DNA from: Selaginella moellendorffii
Lineage: Eukaryota > Plantae > Lycopodiophyta
Length of the DNA stretch: 64,000 nt
NCBI RefSeq assembly: GCF_000143415.4
Contig: NW_003314276.1
Span: forward strand, 2,231,072-2,295,071
Reading direction: 5' to 3'
Positions 1 through 13,006 of this stretch are shown here, piece by piece (positions within the stretch are counted from its first letter, which is position 1; every line of letters begins with the position of its first letter). The translations under genes were made by a program, and so were the position numbers. Below the pieces are notes generated by a model. That model did not search any database. It was given only the letters and a program-made list of their open reading frames with translations, and was not told the origin of the DNA.

Positions 1-1427
1 TGAATCTAAAGATTTTATGATAGGTTTGAGAATCTTGCGTCATTTGCTGATAACTTCCCATTTCAAGATTTATAATCTTAATATCACTTTGAGAATGATT
101 TTCTTTATTTTGTTGATACTGATCTTGATGATCATTTATGGCTAATGGTGCCTTTGATATTTGTTTCACACTTTCTCTATGCTTATTATGACTCTTATAT
201 TTTAGATGGGCATATAGGATATCAGTATGTGATTTAGAAGTTGCACAAGTTTTTCTAAAAGAATGGTTGGAGTCAATTGGAATTTCTTGTCCATTTAAGT
301 TGGTGGCATTTAATCTTATAGGGCCTTTTCCACAATCAGTTGTTAACAATAAGTACATCATTATTACCTCCGACTACTTGACTCATTGGGTGGAAATCAG
401 TGCTCTTACTAGTGTATTAGTAATTGCTATTAGGTATATCCTCTTCAATTGAGTGGTGTTTCAACATTCCTGTTTGAAGTAGATTCTCTTGGATAATAGT
501 CCCATATTTATAGCTGACACAATTCATGTTTTAATGTCTTGGCTAGGCATATGCCACACTTTATGAGTGCTTCCACAAATAGATGGTTTAGTGGATGGCT
601 TATTTGGACCTTTAAAGGGATTATTGAGAAGTACATGAACTTTTAGCACTTGGATTGGGATAGTTATTTTCTGTCTTTTCAGTATGCATATGTTACAAGG
701 TACAAAGTTTTGTTAATACTTCACTATATAAACTCCTATATGGTCATGATCCGATCTACCAATAGAATTGAGTTTACCTATCATAAGCTATTGATGCTAA
801 GTCTTGGGATTAATATTTAAAGAGCATTTTACCACTTATTCGAGAGGAGATTACTGAACACTTGGGCCGCATATATATGGGACAAAAAAAGTGCTACAAC
901 TCCAATCATCATCCATCTATAAAGTACAAAATAGACAATTTAGTATTAGTCTATTTCCCAATCTTACAATAAGTGGTTTGTGTAAGGAGCTCCTTACTCA
1001 GTGGAAGAGACCATATTGGGTGTTGTAGCAAGTTGGATCACAAGTTTATGAGGTTTGGCATGATATTCAATAGGCCAATCCTTCAAAAATTATGTATATA
1101 CAGCAATTTAAACACTTCATGTAAAGGGATTAAGAACAATTGACACCACCTACAAATCCACCAATGCTTCTTCCTCTTAATGTTCCTCTAAATTCCAGCC
1201 TATTCACAAGAGAACGATGACAGTTTTCCATCATTCCGAGAGGAGAGGATGATATGAAGTTTAAGTGTACGGCTATAATGCTATATACTAATATTAATGT
1301 AGTGGGATTTTGATAATTGTTGAAATAGTTTCAATCGAGACCACTCGCTCCTATATATAAGCTAAGGTTTTTAGGCTCATTAAAATATATATTTCTAAAT
1401 TAAATTTCTATATTCCATACACTCACT
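1..1427 (+). mobile_element. 3' part of degenerate Ty3/gypsy LTR retrotransposon, family B (integrase relic, PPT ~1238-1249, short ~175-bp 3' LTR ~1253-1427)
   Basis: ORF 267-452 has integrase-like PFKLVAFNLIGPFP...KYIIITSDYLTHWVE. Colinear with 28590-30054. The purine tract GAGAGGAGAGGA precedes an LTR whose copies lie at 6427-6593, 20384-20546 and 29913-30054. Confidence 0.85.
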
Positions 1428-1434
1428 ATACACA

Positions 1435-1482
<48 letters not shown>

Positions 1483-1533
1483 CACACATACATATACATA
1501 TACATATATACATATATATGACGTATGTATGTC

Positions 1534-1564
<31 letters not shown>

Positions 1565-1596
1565 TGTATATATGTATATATATATACATATATATA
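1428..1596. repeat. compound microsatellite (CA)n/(TA)n/(TATG)n
   Basis: Directly visible; it sits at the junction between a family B LTR and a family A LTR. Confidence 0.97.
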
Positions 1597-4500
1597 CCCC
1601 CCACCCCGCTTGAGGAACACATGCTTTGGGCTTTCACCCCAAGCCACCTTTAGTACCGGGAGTTAGTCTTTGGGACAAGCTTGAAGGAATAACTTTAGGT
1701 TGCGAATTTGGACACGGAATGAACACCATTGTGTTCAGGCCAACCTCTACATTCCGTAAACATGCTAAATGAGCGAATCTAGACACTTTCTATAAATAGC
1801 ATTTGGGACCGAAATGAGATTAACACAAAGGGTGTGATAGCGAGGGTGTTTGGTAGACACGGTAAGCTATCATCCGGCAATATTGAGGGACTAGTCTCAA
1901 TATGCGAGGGTTCTTGCCAAGCCAGTGCAAGACAGAGCAAAAGAGAACTAAAAAGCCGGGCCAAGTATGCTTGGCCAAATAAACACTTAGGAATTATGTC
2001 CTTATGCTCATCCGGCCAAGTACAAATGCCAAGTTCAGTTTACTAACACTTGGACAAGAGGGACCAATAAAGGGAACTAGCAGTACCGACCTCCTGCTGT
2101 CATGGTAGTAAGGAAAGAGTGTCCGTAAGGACTAGCTGACAAGTATCTTTCGATACCCAAAGTCACATTTGTGACACTCTCCCCCCCTTAGGGAAGATCG
2201 ATGTCCTCATCGATGTATACCCGAGTTTAGCAAACCGTCAAGGAAACAACTCCGAAAGTTAACGAAAAGCAAACTATGTGGGAAACACACCGACTTAAAT
2301 GAGTTATGGAATGACTTCTCCTCTATGTCCAAAGACGTTAAGACTCAGACACACTCCGGCCGTTGCCGACAAGAAAGTGACTAATAGAGTTAGCCACCCT
2401 TGCTGCTCCGAGTACCACTTGACTTACAAAGGAATGATACATCCCTGCCCACAGGGACATAAGGAGAAGGCCAACTTCCCCTGAGCAAGAAATCAACCCT
2501 GTCGGGAAGATTTAGACAACTATTATAAATTGGCAGATTAAGTTGTTTACACGACCACACCCCTTTTCAAAAATGAGTCATCAAGAGAGAGGCGAGGACT
2601 TGTGATCAGTCTATAATAGTTATCCCCATGATTATGGATTGGACCCATGCACCGAAGTGCCGAAGTCAGCCTGCCAAAACTAACCCAAGTACTAACGAAC
2701 GAGAGAAACGACACTTTGATTTAGAGAAATATATTACTTTATTAATTTGCAAGATTTTTACAAGAGTTACAAAAACTAATCTTTATTACTATTCTCATAC
2801 TCCTTGACAAGCTCACGAGTATGGGTAAGATTACTAAGAGGTTCCCAAGTTGATTCATAAGTTGGGTAACCTTTCCACTTAACTAGATATTCCTGACATT
2901 TGGCACATTTAAGCCAGTGTGAATCCAAAATAGCCTCGACTTCATATTCAGGTTTACCATCCACAATGTCTGGCGGTGGACAAATCTCCTGTTGACGTGC
3001 AACATCCATAGCGTAAGGAGCCAATAAATTGGCATGAAATACATTATGAACATTGGACATCTTTGCAGGCAGATCCAACTGATAGGATACATCACCAAGA
3101 TGTTTTAACACCCAATAGGGTCCAATATATCTCGGCAAGAGCTTCCGAGACAAAGAACCCTTAACGTTCAAGTTTCGGGAAGATAACCACACCTTATCTC
3201 CCACTTGATAGGATACATCCCGATGATGTTGATCCTTAACACGTCGATACCTATCCTGAGCTTTGCTCATCGCCTCAATAGCTCTAGACCAACCTTAGCG
3301 TGGCTGCTCTGCATAAGTTTCAACAGCTGGGACCAACACTTTGGACATTAGTTTCGGTACAACAATTTGTTGAGGAACCCTGTGAGCATTTCCTTGCAGC
3401 ATCTCCCATGGAGAACAGCCAATAGTGCTGTGAAATGTGTTGTTATAACAAATTTCTGTTGTGTCCAAATGCTCAACCCAGTCGCGTTGGTCCATTGCGA
3501 CATAGTACTGTAGATAATCCTCAACTTGAGCATTCACGCGTTCGGTCTGCCCATCAATCTGAGGATGATAAGCCGTACTAAACTTCAACTTGGTACCGAA
3601 CAGCTGGAACAGTGTGCCCCAAAACTTCCCCGTAAAACTTCCCCGCTACATCACCTTCCATACTAGACCAGAAAAATCCCTTTTTTAATGAAGCCAGAGT
3701 CTTTCGCTTCCCACCATGTCCCACTGCCGGAACATCATGATGTTCCCGTAGAAAAAATTGCTGCAGATCCTTAGAGGGAAGATACAATCTTTCTTGCTTA
3801 TAGAATATAAGCCCATCCCGAACTGAGAAGTGAAGCTTCGCATTAGTGTGACTAGCAACTTTCGCTGCTTTGCTACCAGGGCTCTACTTCAACAACCCCG
3901 CACGGCATATGGAGGCTCTACTTTGCCAATGGATCACTTCCATATGAAGCTCAAACGTCTTCTAACCAGTCCGAACTAATTGCCGATATTGCCCAGAATT
4001 GAGCTTGATGACTCAACGCATCCGGAACAATATTGTCTTTACTAGGTTTATATATGATTTCAATATCATATCTAGCAAGCTTCTCTTGCCAACAAGCCTG
4101 CTTTGGCATAAGCTTAGGCTACGTAGCAAAGTAGTTTAGTGTGTTACTATCTATATAAACCTTGGTGTGTCCACCCAAGTAGTGTCTCCAGTGTTCCAGG
4201 GCTGATACTATAGCAAACATCTCTTTCTCATGCATTGGCCATCTTCGTTGGGTTTCATCCAATTTCTTGGAATAGAACGCAACGGGACAACCATGTCGCC
4301 TTAGCATAACACCAACCCCTTTGTCACAATCTTGCTGTAACATGGCACCAATAGCATAACCAGATGCATCATAATGCACTTCGAAGGGTTTATCAAGATC
4401 TGGGATCTTGAGAACAGGAACTATAGTTAGGATCTTCTTCAATCATACAAAAGCACGTTGGCAAGCTAGTGTCCAATGAAATGAAATACTACTCTTCGTC

Positions 4501-5140
4501 AACTCAGTCAACGGAAGAGCAATTCTTGCAAAATTGCAGACAAACTTGCGATAGTATCCCGCCAAACAGAAAAAGGATCGAACATCTGATACAGTCATCG
4601 GGACTTCCCAAGACTTCACCACTTTCACCTTCTTTGGGTCGACTTCAATCACGCCACCACCAACTATATGTCCAAGAAAGTTTACGCGCAATTGACCAAA
4701 AGCACAATTACTTTCCTTAGCATATAGTTTGTGTTCGTGCAACTTCTGAAACACCAGCTCCAAGTGTTTCAAATGATCCTCCAACGTTTTGCTAAAGATT
4801 AGAACATCATCGATATATAGGACAACAAATGTGTCCAAATAATCTTCAAATATTCCATCCATCATAGTGCTGAACATTGCCAGAGCATTGCATAACCCGA
4901 ACAGCATAACAAAGAACTCATAAAATCCGTACTGAGTCTTAAAGGCTGTCTTCTCCACATCCTGATCTGCCACTCGTATCTAATGATACCCAGACTGCAA
5001 ATCAAGTTGCGTAAAATACTTAGCCTTTAAGAGTTGGTTAAACAAGTCATCAATGCAAGGCAAAGGATAACTGTTCTTAACCGTGATCTTGTTAAGTGCC
5101 CGATAGTCAATACACATCCTCATGGTTCCATCTTTTTTCC
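1597..5140 (-). mobile_element. Ty3/gypsy chromovirus, family A, 5'-truncated (RT, RNase H, integrase, chromodomain, long 3' UTR, PPT, 3' LTR 1597-2176)
   Basis: RT motifs [10 protein letters not shown] and LYIDDVLIF (4443-5140), RNase H HYDASGYAIGA (4119-4442), integrase TAYHPQIDGQTERVN (3295-3588), GPY motif and chromodomain (2776-3270). PPT AAGGGGGGGAGAG at ~2177-2189 precedes TGTCACA on the minus strand. Multiple stops and frameshifts. Confidence 0.93.
2776..3270 (-). pseudogene. integrase C-terminus (GPY/F, SH3-like) plus chromodomain of the chromovirus
   Basis: LLPRYIGPY...YQLDLP...VFHANLL followed by EYEVEAILD...EYLVKWKGYPTYESTWEP. Confidence 0.9.
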
Positions 5141-5724
5141 ATCCTCTGGAATACCTATATCCTTGCATTATGCCACTAGTATATTAAAATAGTGTCAAAC
5201 TCTTTTTGGTTTTGTTTTGTATGTTGGTCTTGGTATTGAAATGCTAAATGCTTTAAGATTGTTCCTATGTCATTCCGTGCTCCTGTCCTTTTACTCTTTG
5301 GGTTGTACACTTAGGAGTCACTCTGTGCTTTAGTACCTTCGCTCTTTAACTCTATGCTTAGAAGTTTAGCTCTGTTCCTTCATTCAGTGCCATAAAGCTT
5401 TGAAACTTGGGTTTTACACCACTATCCTTGAACATGTGGCATGTGACATATGGTACATGAGGGTTTAAGTTCTGCTTTGTGGTTATTCTATGATAAATCA
5501 TTATAGGATAAAGGGTGAAAGTCACATATATTACAGTTGATTAATATCACCATTGACAAACAACTTTTATTGAGCCAAAAATAACTAAAACCACTAAATC
5601 TATTAATCTTTCCAATGTATATAGTAATTATTCCATGTGAGACAATTATATTGTTATTTCATAATAGCTTCCTTCATCAATTGTCAGAAAAGGGTAATTT
5701 CTTGATTTGGAAGACTTTGGAAAG

Positions 5725-6593
5725 AAGCTTCGGAAACGAATGCCAAATTGCATCACCGACTCAAATAGCTCTTAACGAAAATAATGCAATTGCTGAAAGG
5801 CATTATCACAATTGTCAACATGTCCGAATGCGCGTTTGAAAATATTCAGGAGAACACTCCAATCCCCACAAGTGGCTGCACTCAAACCATTGTACCACTG
5901 CATCGCATCCTTTGGAAACACATAGGAAACTCATGCAAACGTCAAACATCATCCCAAGAATGATATGTGGCAATTACTGTGAAATGATCAAACTAATGAT
6001 ACACATCATTCTTAGGATTCCATGAAAGAACTCCAACTGAACGTGAGGATTGGCACCAAGAACAGAAGGAGTTGTACCACATGCCGTGAATGCCACCATC
6101 AACTGAGTTTGGTTGTTCAATTACAATCACATGGCATCAAGCAATTGCACCAACTGCTACTCCAAAGTCAGAGGAGGAAACTATTGCTCTACCATAAAAA
6201 TGAATGAAAAGGAAAGAACAAAAGAAGGGAAATGAGAAAGAACTAGAAAGAAAGGGAGATCTAGACAATGGAAAAATTAGATTTAAACAAGAATCTTGAG
6301 AGGGAAGAACAAAAGAAAAAGAATGGAAAACACTAAATCAAGACAATGCAAAAATTAGATCTAAACCAAAATCCCAAATCCAAACACTCTTTAGGGATAA
6401 GGAAAAGTGCCCCTCACCTCCACTAATGTGAGTGTTTCGAATATAAAAAGGGAATATAGAAAATGTTTAACACAAAAACCCTAGCTTATATACAAGAGCG
6501 AGTGGTCCGAATTAAAACTAATCCGACAGTTACCAAAATCCCATTATATTAATATTAATATACAGCATTGTAGCCGTACACTTGGCCCTCACA
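5725..6593 (-). mobile_element. 5' end of a family B Ty3/gypsy element (LTR 6427-6593, PBS, degenerate gag region)
   Basis: LTR reads TGTGAGG...CACTCACA on the minus strand, followed by TAGTGGAGGTGAGGGGCAC, which resembles the complement of a tRNA-Ala 3' end. Colinear with 19760-20546. Confidence 0.8.
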
Positions 6594-6745
6594 AAGTTAT
6601 ATTTTTTGACATTTTTAAATCTTAAAAGGAACTTCTCCTAATTTGAGACTAATTGTTTGCATGCTACAGATTTTAGTAACAAAAGACAATGAAAAAGTCA
6701 AGAAGCCACACAAGCTTGTAAAAATTTGAGAGGACAGAATGGAAA

Positions 6746-9681
6746 TCATGGTTTAGTCTTATGACCATTGTTGGTGGAAGATTTTCTACAGAGGAGCAAT
6801 GAAAAGTAGAGCAGGATTCGGTAAGCAAGAGCCATGGCAGCCAGAATCCACAAATCCATCCATTTCCCAGAGCTCGAGTCCCAGCTTGCATACCTCTGCC
6901 GCAGAAAATCTCTTCTACTCGAGTATTCGTTCTCCAAAATTCCCTGGAGAGAGAAAAAAGAGATGAATGAGACCACTCAAGGCTTTCAGTGGTCGTGCAA
7001 ATACCTCGACAGCGTACGTGTGGAATGCAGCATACGAGGCAGGATACTTCCACACAGTCTTTGGAACTTGATCGAGTTCTCGAAAGTGTCCGCCAGAGAG
7101 CATCATCAAAACCTGCAACAAAAGAGAATATGTTCTTGGCTCTTTGATTGAAACTTCCAGACCTGGATGGTTGTGGCGACGAGGATGGCAGCAAAGACGT
7201 TGAGCGTGATGGAAGTGATGACGAGCAACAAGGCCTCGACGATCGCCAGGCACAGAAAGATGGTGACGACGAAGTAGACAAAGCGGCCGAATTGTGACTG
7301 GAAATCCATGAAGAAGTAGCACACGGACGAGCAAACAGCCGAGACGAGCAGCAAGTATGGAGACGATGACACGAAGTTTGCGAGGACGAACACTCCCGCG
7401 CTCGTGTGATCGTTCTTCCTCTCGCGCCGATAAACCTGAGGAACGATCGATCGATCATACAAAAGCTAGAAGAGAAAGCTACCTTGATGTCTTTAGCCAG
7501 TGCTGGAACGCCGGCGATGGCGAGAAGTGAGAAGAAAGAGACCATAGCAAAGATTGCCGAAGCTCGCACCTGGACAAGTCACGATTTTAGCGAGACGACC
7601 ACAGATTTTCATGGAAGGATCGAACGAACTCACAGTTACAAGCTGTGGGGAGTCGCCAAGGCCGTAGAAGATGGTGGCTATGCAAACGGAGAGTGGCAAG
7701 TAGAGAAGAAATCTGAGCCAGAAGTACGTGAAACACCTTGACATGTTGAGGAACGATCGATAAGTCACTGCTGCCACTCTGGTCGTGAAGCTGGCTTGGC
7801 CTCGCGATTTAAGAAATGGTCCCTCCTACGTGAAGCCAAATGAGAAAAGAATGAATGGAGAAAGATCAAAGCTAAAAACCTTTTCGGAGAGCTGATGGAC
7901 CAAAGCTTCGACAACGGCGGCTTCGTTCGATGCGTTGTAAGTGGTTTCTAGCGTTCTTGTGATTACTGACGCGTCCAATCTTCGCCATGGCGAGGCTCCT
8001 TGCTCATAGTCCTGTCAAGAAGACTTTTTAAGTAAGTTGGAAGAACTTTGAAGATTTCTTGCGAAGGAAAGTTTGATCCTTGTGGAAGAACACGAGAAAA
8101 AAACTTGCTTGCCTGGTTAAGCTTGGTGATGCGATTTACTTTCTCAAACTCGGCATTTAGAGCTCGAAGGAAATGGTCAGTGGGATTTTGCAAGGACGGG
8201 CAAGGAAATCCCGCACTGGCAAAAAGCTGCAAAGGCGATTGAACAGTCAAGACAGAGAACAAAGTTGTCACTGAGAATAAAACGGCAGTACCTCGAGACA
8301 AGCAGCAGTGTCTCCAAAAAAGATAGCCTTTCCTTTGGAGAGCAAGCAAATGGTGGTGAGGAGATGGAACACCTCGGTACAAGTCCGCTCGGTGGTGATC
8401 ACTACGGTGCAACCATTGCTCGCAAGCTTCTTCAGAGAAGCAACCAGCAGGAACGCTGAAACACTGCTCCAAGGATCAAAAGAGTTTTAAGAAAGTTCAT
8501 AGATACCTATCGAGATTGTCGATCGGTTCGTCGCAAAAGATGAGAGTCGGCCTTGTGAGAAGCTCCATGGCTATCGTCAGTCGCTTCCTCTCGCCGGGAG
8601 TGAGACCCTTGACGAGAAACGATCCTCCGACGGGTATGGAGCCATAGCCTTCGAGCTCCATGCTGGAGATTGCCGAGTCCACCACGGCCGTTTTCTCGGA
8701 GCACGGCGTACATTTTGGAAGCTGGAGAAGAGCCGCGTTGTAGAGCGTCTCGCGGACAGTCAGAGTTTCGATAAGTTGCTCGCCTTTGCTCACGTAGGCC
8801 TAAAAAGAACGATTTTTCCCATTGCAAGCTTATAGTCAAGTTTGATGATCTTGATCTAGAGAAGAAAACTTACGTAAGTTCCATACTTGAGATATCTAGG
8901 CCGACCGTTGAGCAGTACCTCACCATAGACTTTGGCATGGCTTGGGAATCGTCCTGAAAAATAAAAAAATATCGCAAAGTTAGCAGAAGTTTCACTTCAA
9001 AGAAGCAAACAAACGAACAAAGTTAAAAAAGAGTCACGAACGAAGAATCCTGGCAGAAAGAAGAGCCTAGCATCGCAGCTAGAAAAGAAGAATCCAAAGA
9101 GAGCGAGAAAGAACGAACGGAAGAAGTAGCTATTGCTGTGGCAGATTAAAGAAAGCTGATGGAAGAAGTAGCTATAGCTATGGCGGATAAAGAGAAGAGA
9201 TCATACCCGCGAGAGCTTTTAAGAGATGGTTCTTGCCACAGCAGGAAGGACCCATGATCGCGGTGAGCGTCCCTGGCGTCGCGTACCCAGTCAAGCTCTG
9301 GATCACCTTGTTCTTGCCATCCAAGCTCACCGTCAAATCCCTCCACGCCAAGCTCGCCCATCTCTCCAGCTTGTTCCCATTTGCATCCAGCGGGCTCACT
9401 CGCGACGAGGATCCACTCCCGCCCGAGCTGCTAATCTCTCGCACAAACCCACCAGCGCCGCTGCCACCATTGCTCCCCCTCTCCACCACGAACGCCGCTG
9501 GCTCTGGCGGATTCATGATGGTGCTCGTGCTCATCACGATCTCTCGGCCCAGTGGGCTCGGCCCCGGGCTCCTTCGCTGCCGCCGGAGTGCTTGCCCGGC
9601 GCTCGAGCTCGAGCTGGCGCCGCCTTGTTCTTGCGAGCTTGGCGACGGTTGTGGTGGTGGTATCGCTGTTGGTTCTTCCAT
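6746..9681 (-). CDS. ABC transporter G family half-transporter (WBC type, ABCG3-like), multi-exon
   Basis: ASLAWRDLTV, LTGYATPGTLTAIMGPSCCGK, ETLTVRETLY, GERKRLTIAMELLTRPTLIFCDEP, FPCPSLQNPTDHFLRALN, RSFLNMSR..YFWLR and ABC2-membrane helices across ORF fragments separated by GT-AG introns. ATG at 9681, stop at 6746-6748. Confidence 0.92.
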
Positions 9682-11205
9682 TCTTTCTTGCTCCAATGCT
9701 TGGGCTCTTTCGATCGATCCCGGGAGGGAGCCCAGCTGAAAGATCAGTGATCAGTGGAAGCGCCTCGAGAGAACGAAAGGCCGGGGAGAAAGACAGATTT
9801 GGTTTTTCTGGCTTGACCGACAAAGAAGAATGATCGATCGCTATGGACTTACTGGGTGTGATTGGTTTGTTCTTCGTCTTCGCTCTATGCCATGCCTGGA
9901 ACACGATCAAGGCGAGCTCGCCATTGGTGGAGGAGGGGATTTGACTGTTCTAGAACAAGACAAAGTTTTTTCATGAGCAAGAAAGATCTTTCTCCTCTTT
10001 TCTCTTTCTCTCTCGCTCTCTCCACACACTCGCGCAAAAACCCACCTGGAAGAGATCTTCGGCCAATCAAGAGCTCACTCGCTTGCCATGTCTCGATCGA
10101 TCATCCCATCGATTGCTGAGAGTTAAGAGAAAGCCAACAAGGAAAAGATAAAAACGAAAGTGTCTGTTGCGAAGGAAAAGACGATCTCTCTCTCTCTCGA
10201 TCAAGAGCTTTAACATGTGTTTTGCAAGTGATATAAGAGGATCACGAACAGGGATTCTTCTTGTTCTTGGGAGATGTGACAAGTAGAGCAAGAAATTCTA
10301 GAAAAACTCTTAAGCATGGATGATAGATGGATGGGTCGCATTCAAGCAAGAAAAGGTGTAAAAAAAAGTGGTGCAGTAGTAGTAGCAGTACCTCAAGGTT
10401 GCTGCTGCGTTGCCATAGCGGGCCAGTTCCTTGTTCTTTTTTCTCCTTCTTGTGCCAGAGAGCTCCCCTGCCCAAGAACAGTATGATCAGGTACCAGTAA
10501 AGACTTTTGTTACAGGCGTGTCAAAATCACAACACGCTTTGTTTGTTCGCAGCGCGATCACCTTCTGGAATTTCTTCTCTTCTGGTTATCGAGGCAGTGG
10601 TGTTCTGGGGATTTCAGCTAGCGTCCAACAAGAAAGAAAGTGATCGAACACTTTCACTGATCGTTCAGCGCCTGATTAAGAGTGGGGTTTTGAGATCTTC
10701 TAGTCGACTCTCTTTTGGAATCCAGACTTCCGGAATCACTGGCGGTGATGATCATAAGAGCGGCAAGCCAGCATTCATTCAACCGGGAACATAATGATGG
10801 CTCCGTCCAGTTCGGACTTTACCGTTGTCACAGGAATATTCGTATGAATAAAAGTACTTCTATTTAGGGTACCCTTTATTTTTCTTTACTAAGATCTTAT
10901 GGGAATGTACAGGACGATATACTGGCAAACGCAAGGTTTGCCAGCCATGACCCGGAGGGGCTAACCTAGTGGTTGACAAAGTCCTAGGCTCGATTCTGAA
11001 AACTCAAAATTAGCATAATCGACCAGAAAACCCTCGCATTAAAGGTACCACCTTTTATTTGTAAACGACGAATTCCAACTCAATTAAACGAGATTATTTA
11101 GGGATGAATTTTTATTATTAAAGCAAATGTCTGGCCTAACCTCTCGGATCTAACAGTCAAGCTTCAGAAGGATGACAAGGAGAATGACAAGGATTCAGAA
11201 GGAGA

Positions 11206-12520
11206 ATGAGAAGTTTCGGAAGGAGACGGGCGAGCATGGATGAAAGACCCTCCTCGATGGTAACTGCGAATTCCCAGGACGTTTTGTTTGACCAAAGCTT
11301 GTCCAGGGAAAAGGTTGCCCAGGCACGAGCCATTGACAAGTGTGACAAACTTGGCATAGTATCCTTCACCTATGCCCGCTTTCTCGAACATAGAAGCCCA
11401 CTCCTGCAGCCGCGCTCTAGTGGCCTTGCTGACCTTCTAGAGACTGTGACTATGGTAGCCAGGATGACCTCCTATGTGTGTGCCTGGATGAAGAACAAGC
11501 AACAGCTAGCAGCCAAGTGGGTCCAGTGCTAGGAGGAGTGTTTCCCCGCCGATGTACGATGGCCATATGGTGACATTGAGGATTCGCCTGACTCCGTGTA
11601 CGCAAAGGTGGCGAAAAGGTGGGACGTGAACGAGTGTATCAAGACATCTCCGATTCGGAGAACGAACCCTAGCTCAAACATGTTGTGGCGGACAGTGTTC
11701 GTAGTGGATGAAGCTAAGTGCTTAAGCAGGAGGCCCTTTCTATCTCTACGAAGAGCATGTCGTACGTTGGCACCTGGTGCGCTAATGGTCGTTATGGATA
11801 CAAGTGCTACAGTCTACGAAATGGGGAGAAGATAGAGCGAGGCTCTTGAGTTATAAGCTCCTGCATCCGGTATGCCATGCTGGGGGCATGGATAAGATCT
11901 CCGTAATCAGTAAGAAGTTTAGCGAGATTCCTGAGTGGCTTAAAGAACCAGGAAGGTGAATCAAGCAGGGCTGTTGAGGCATCGAAAAGAGGTTAATTAA
12001 GCTGCTTGGATTTAAGCTCCTCAAGGAGATGACGTCGTGGAATTTTGCCAATCTCCCGACGACGACGTCCTGTAAAAGGGCTATGAAGAACCCGAATACC
12101 TTGCGGTCATTTGCTTTGCTTGGTTTACAGATTTCGCCTCTAGTGGCAGGATCACCAAGAGTGCTGTGGGTTTCGCCATTGGATCCTCTCTTATCTGCTG
12201 CAGTTTCTCAGCAAACCGGAGACGCTGGCCAAGTTCTACGGTCCTTCAATGACTATCTACTACATTGAAAAACGGGCCTAAATTGTGTTCAAAATCCTCA
12301 GTAAGCTATAAGGGTGTTTTTGAGGAGCTGAAGCCCCGGCTGAGAATCAAGCAGCTGCTATCTCATCTACAGCATAGTGTCGACCTTCTTCAAATGCTTG
12401 AGCAGCGCGGTTTTACCACAGTCGTTTGGGTCGATACGACGAGCACGTTTTGTGGCGGCGCCGCAAGAATAGCCAACAGTATCAGCTTGGCCAGTTCATC
12501 GCCAACTAACGTCACGTAGT
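11206..12520 (+). pseudogene. degenerate Crinkler/CR-effector-type NTPase-family gene
   Basis: Ordered motifs across stops and frameshifts: YARF..QPRSSGLADLL, VFVVDEAKCL (Walker B), FLSLRRAC, VVMDTS, KLLHP..MD, LGFKLL, SPLDPLLSAAV, YKGVFEEL. From recall, these match the YxCLR..GYPPRS / DEA / LRRAL / DT / YPSEPxLAEAA / KGxxGEL pattern of fungal and oomycete CR-NTPase proteins. Confidence 0.6.
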
Positions 12521-12547
12521 GATTTTGAGGTCTTCTACTTCCACCTT

Positions 12548-13006
12548 GTGGAAGACGCCCCAATGCAGTTCACATCCAGAGGAAGCAGGACAACTTTACG
12601 TGTGAAGGATGGCCTGAATGTCAAGAAGATTCCGACGTTCGAGATCGCTCTGAAAGCCATAACAGACGAGCTGCCGACTGATGCAACCAAGAGTGACCAG
12701 ATGGAAGCCTTTTGTGCAGTTATAGGGAGAGGCAAGGTGGTGTGCCCAATCTTCATCCTGGACGGGGCCAACAAGCTCAAGGACTCAGGGAAAAATATTC
12801 TCAAACTTTTCAAGTCACTGGTGAAGCAGGACAGGAAAGCATATCTCATCCTGAGTGACTTCTTCAGATCGTGGCTGGAGAAGTTGTTCAATCCTGAGCA
12901 CTGGAACGCATTTGGAGTTGGATGTTTCAAGGAAGAAGAGGCACGCAAGTTTTTAATGGCTACTTGCCATTGGGACTCTGACTGGGCTGGGAATCGGTCC
13001 GCATGA
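12548..13006 (+). pseudogene. fragment of a second P-loop (AAA/STAND-like, archaeal-ATPase-like) NTPase
   Basis: PIFILDGANKL...LVKQDRKAYLILSDFF..WL....H....VGCFKEEEARKF resembles the Walker-B-to-sensor region PVLIIDEANKL...TKQ..HV.L.SD.FF..WL...IGDL..EEA. No ATG start and no Walker A. Confidence 0.5.

Noticed and set aside
1395-1647. ORFs of 80 and 73 aa (YIHT/VCVC repeats)
   Set aside because: They are translations of the microsatellite.
6673-7569. 298-aa ORF overlapping the ABCG 3' half
   Set aside because: It is mostly an alternative frame running through introns of the ABCG gene.
10866-11054. Possible MITE bounded by GGTACC-containing imperfect inverted repeats
   Set aside because: The TIR match is short and imperfect, with no clear TSD and no second copy in the window.
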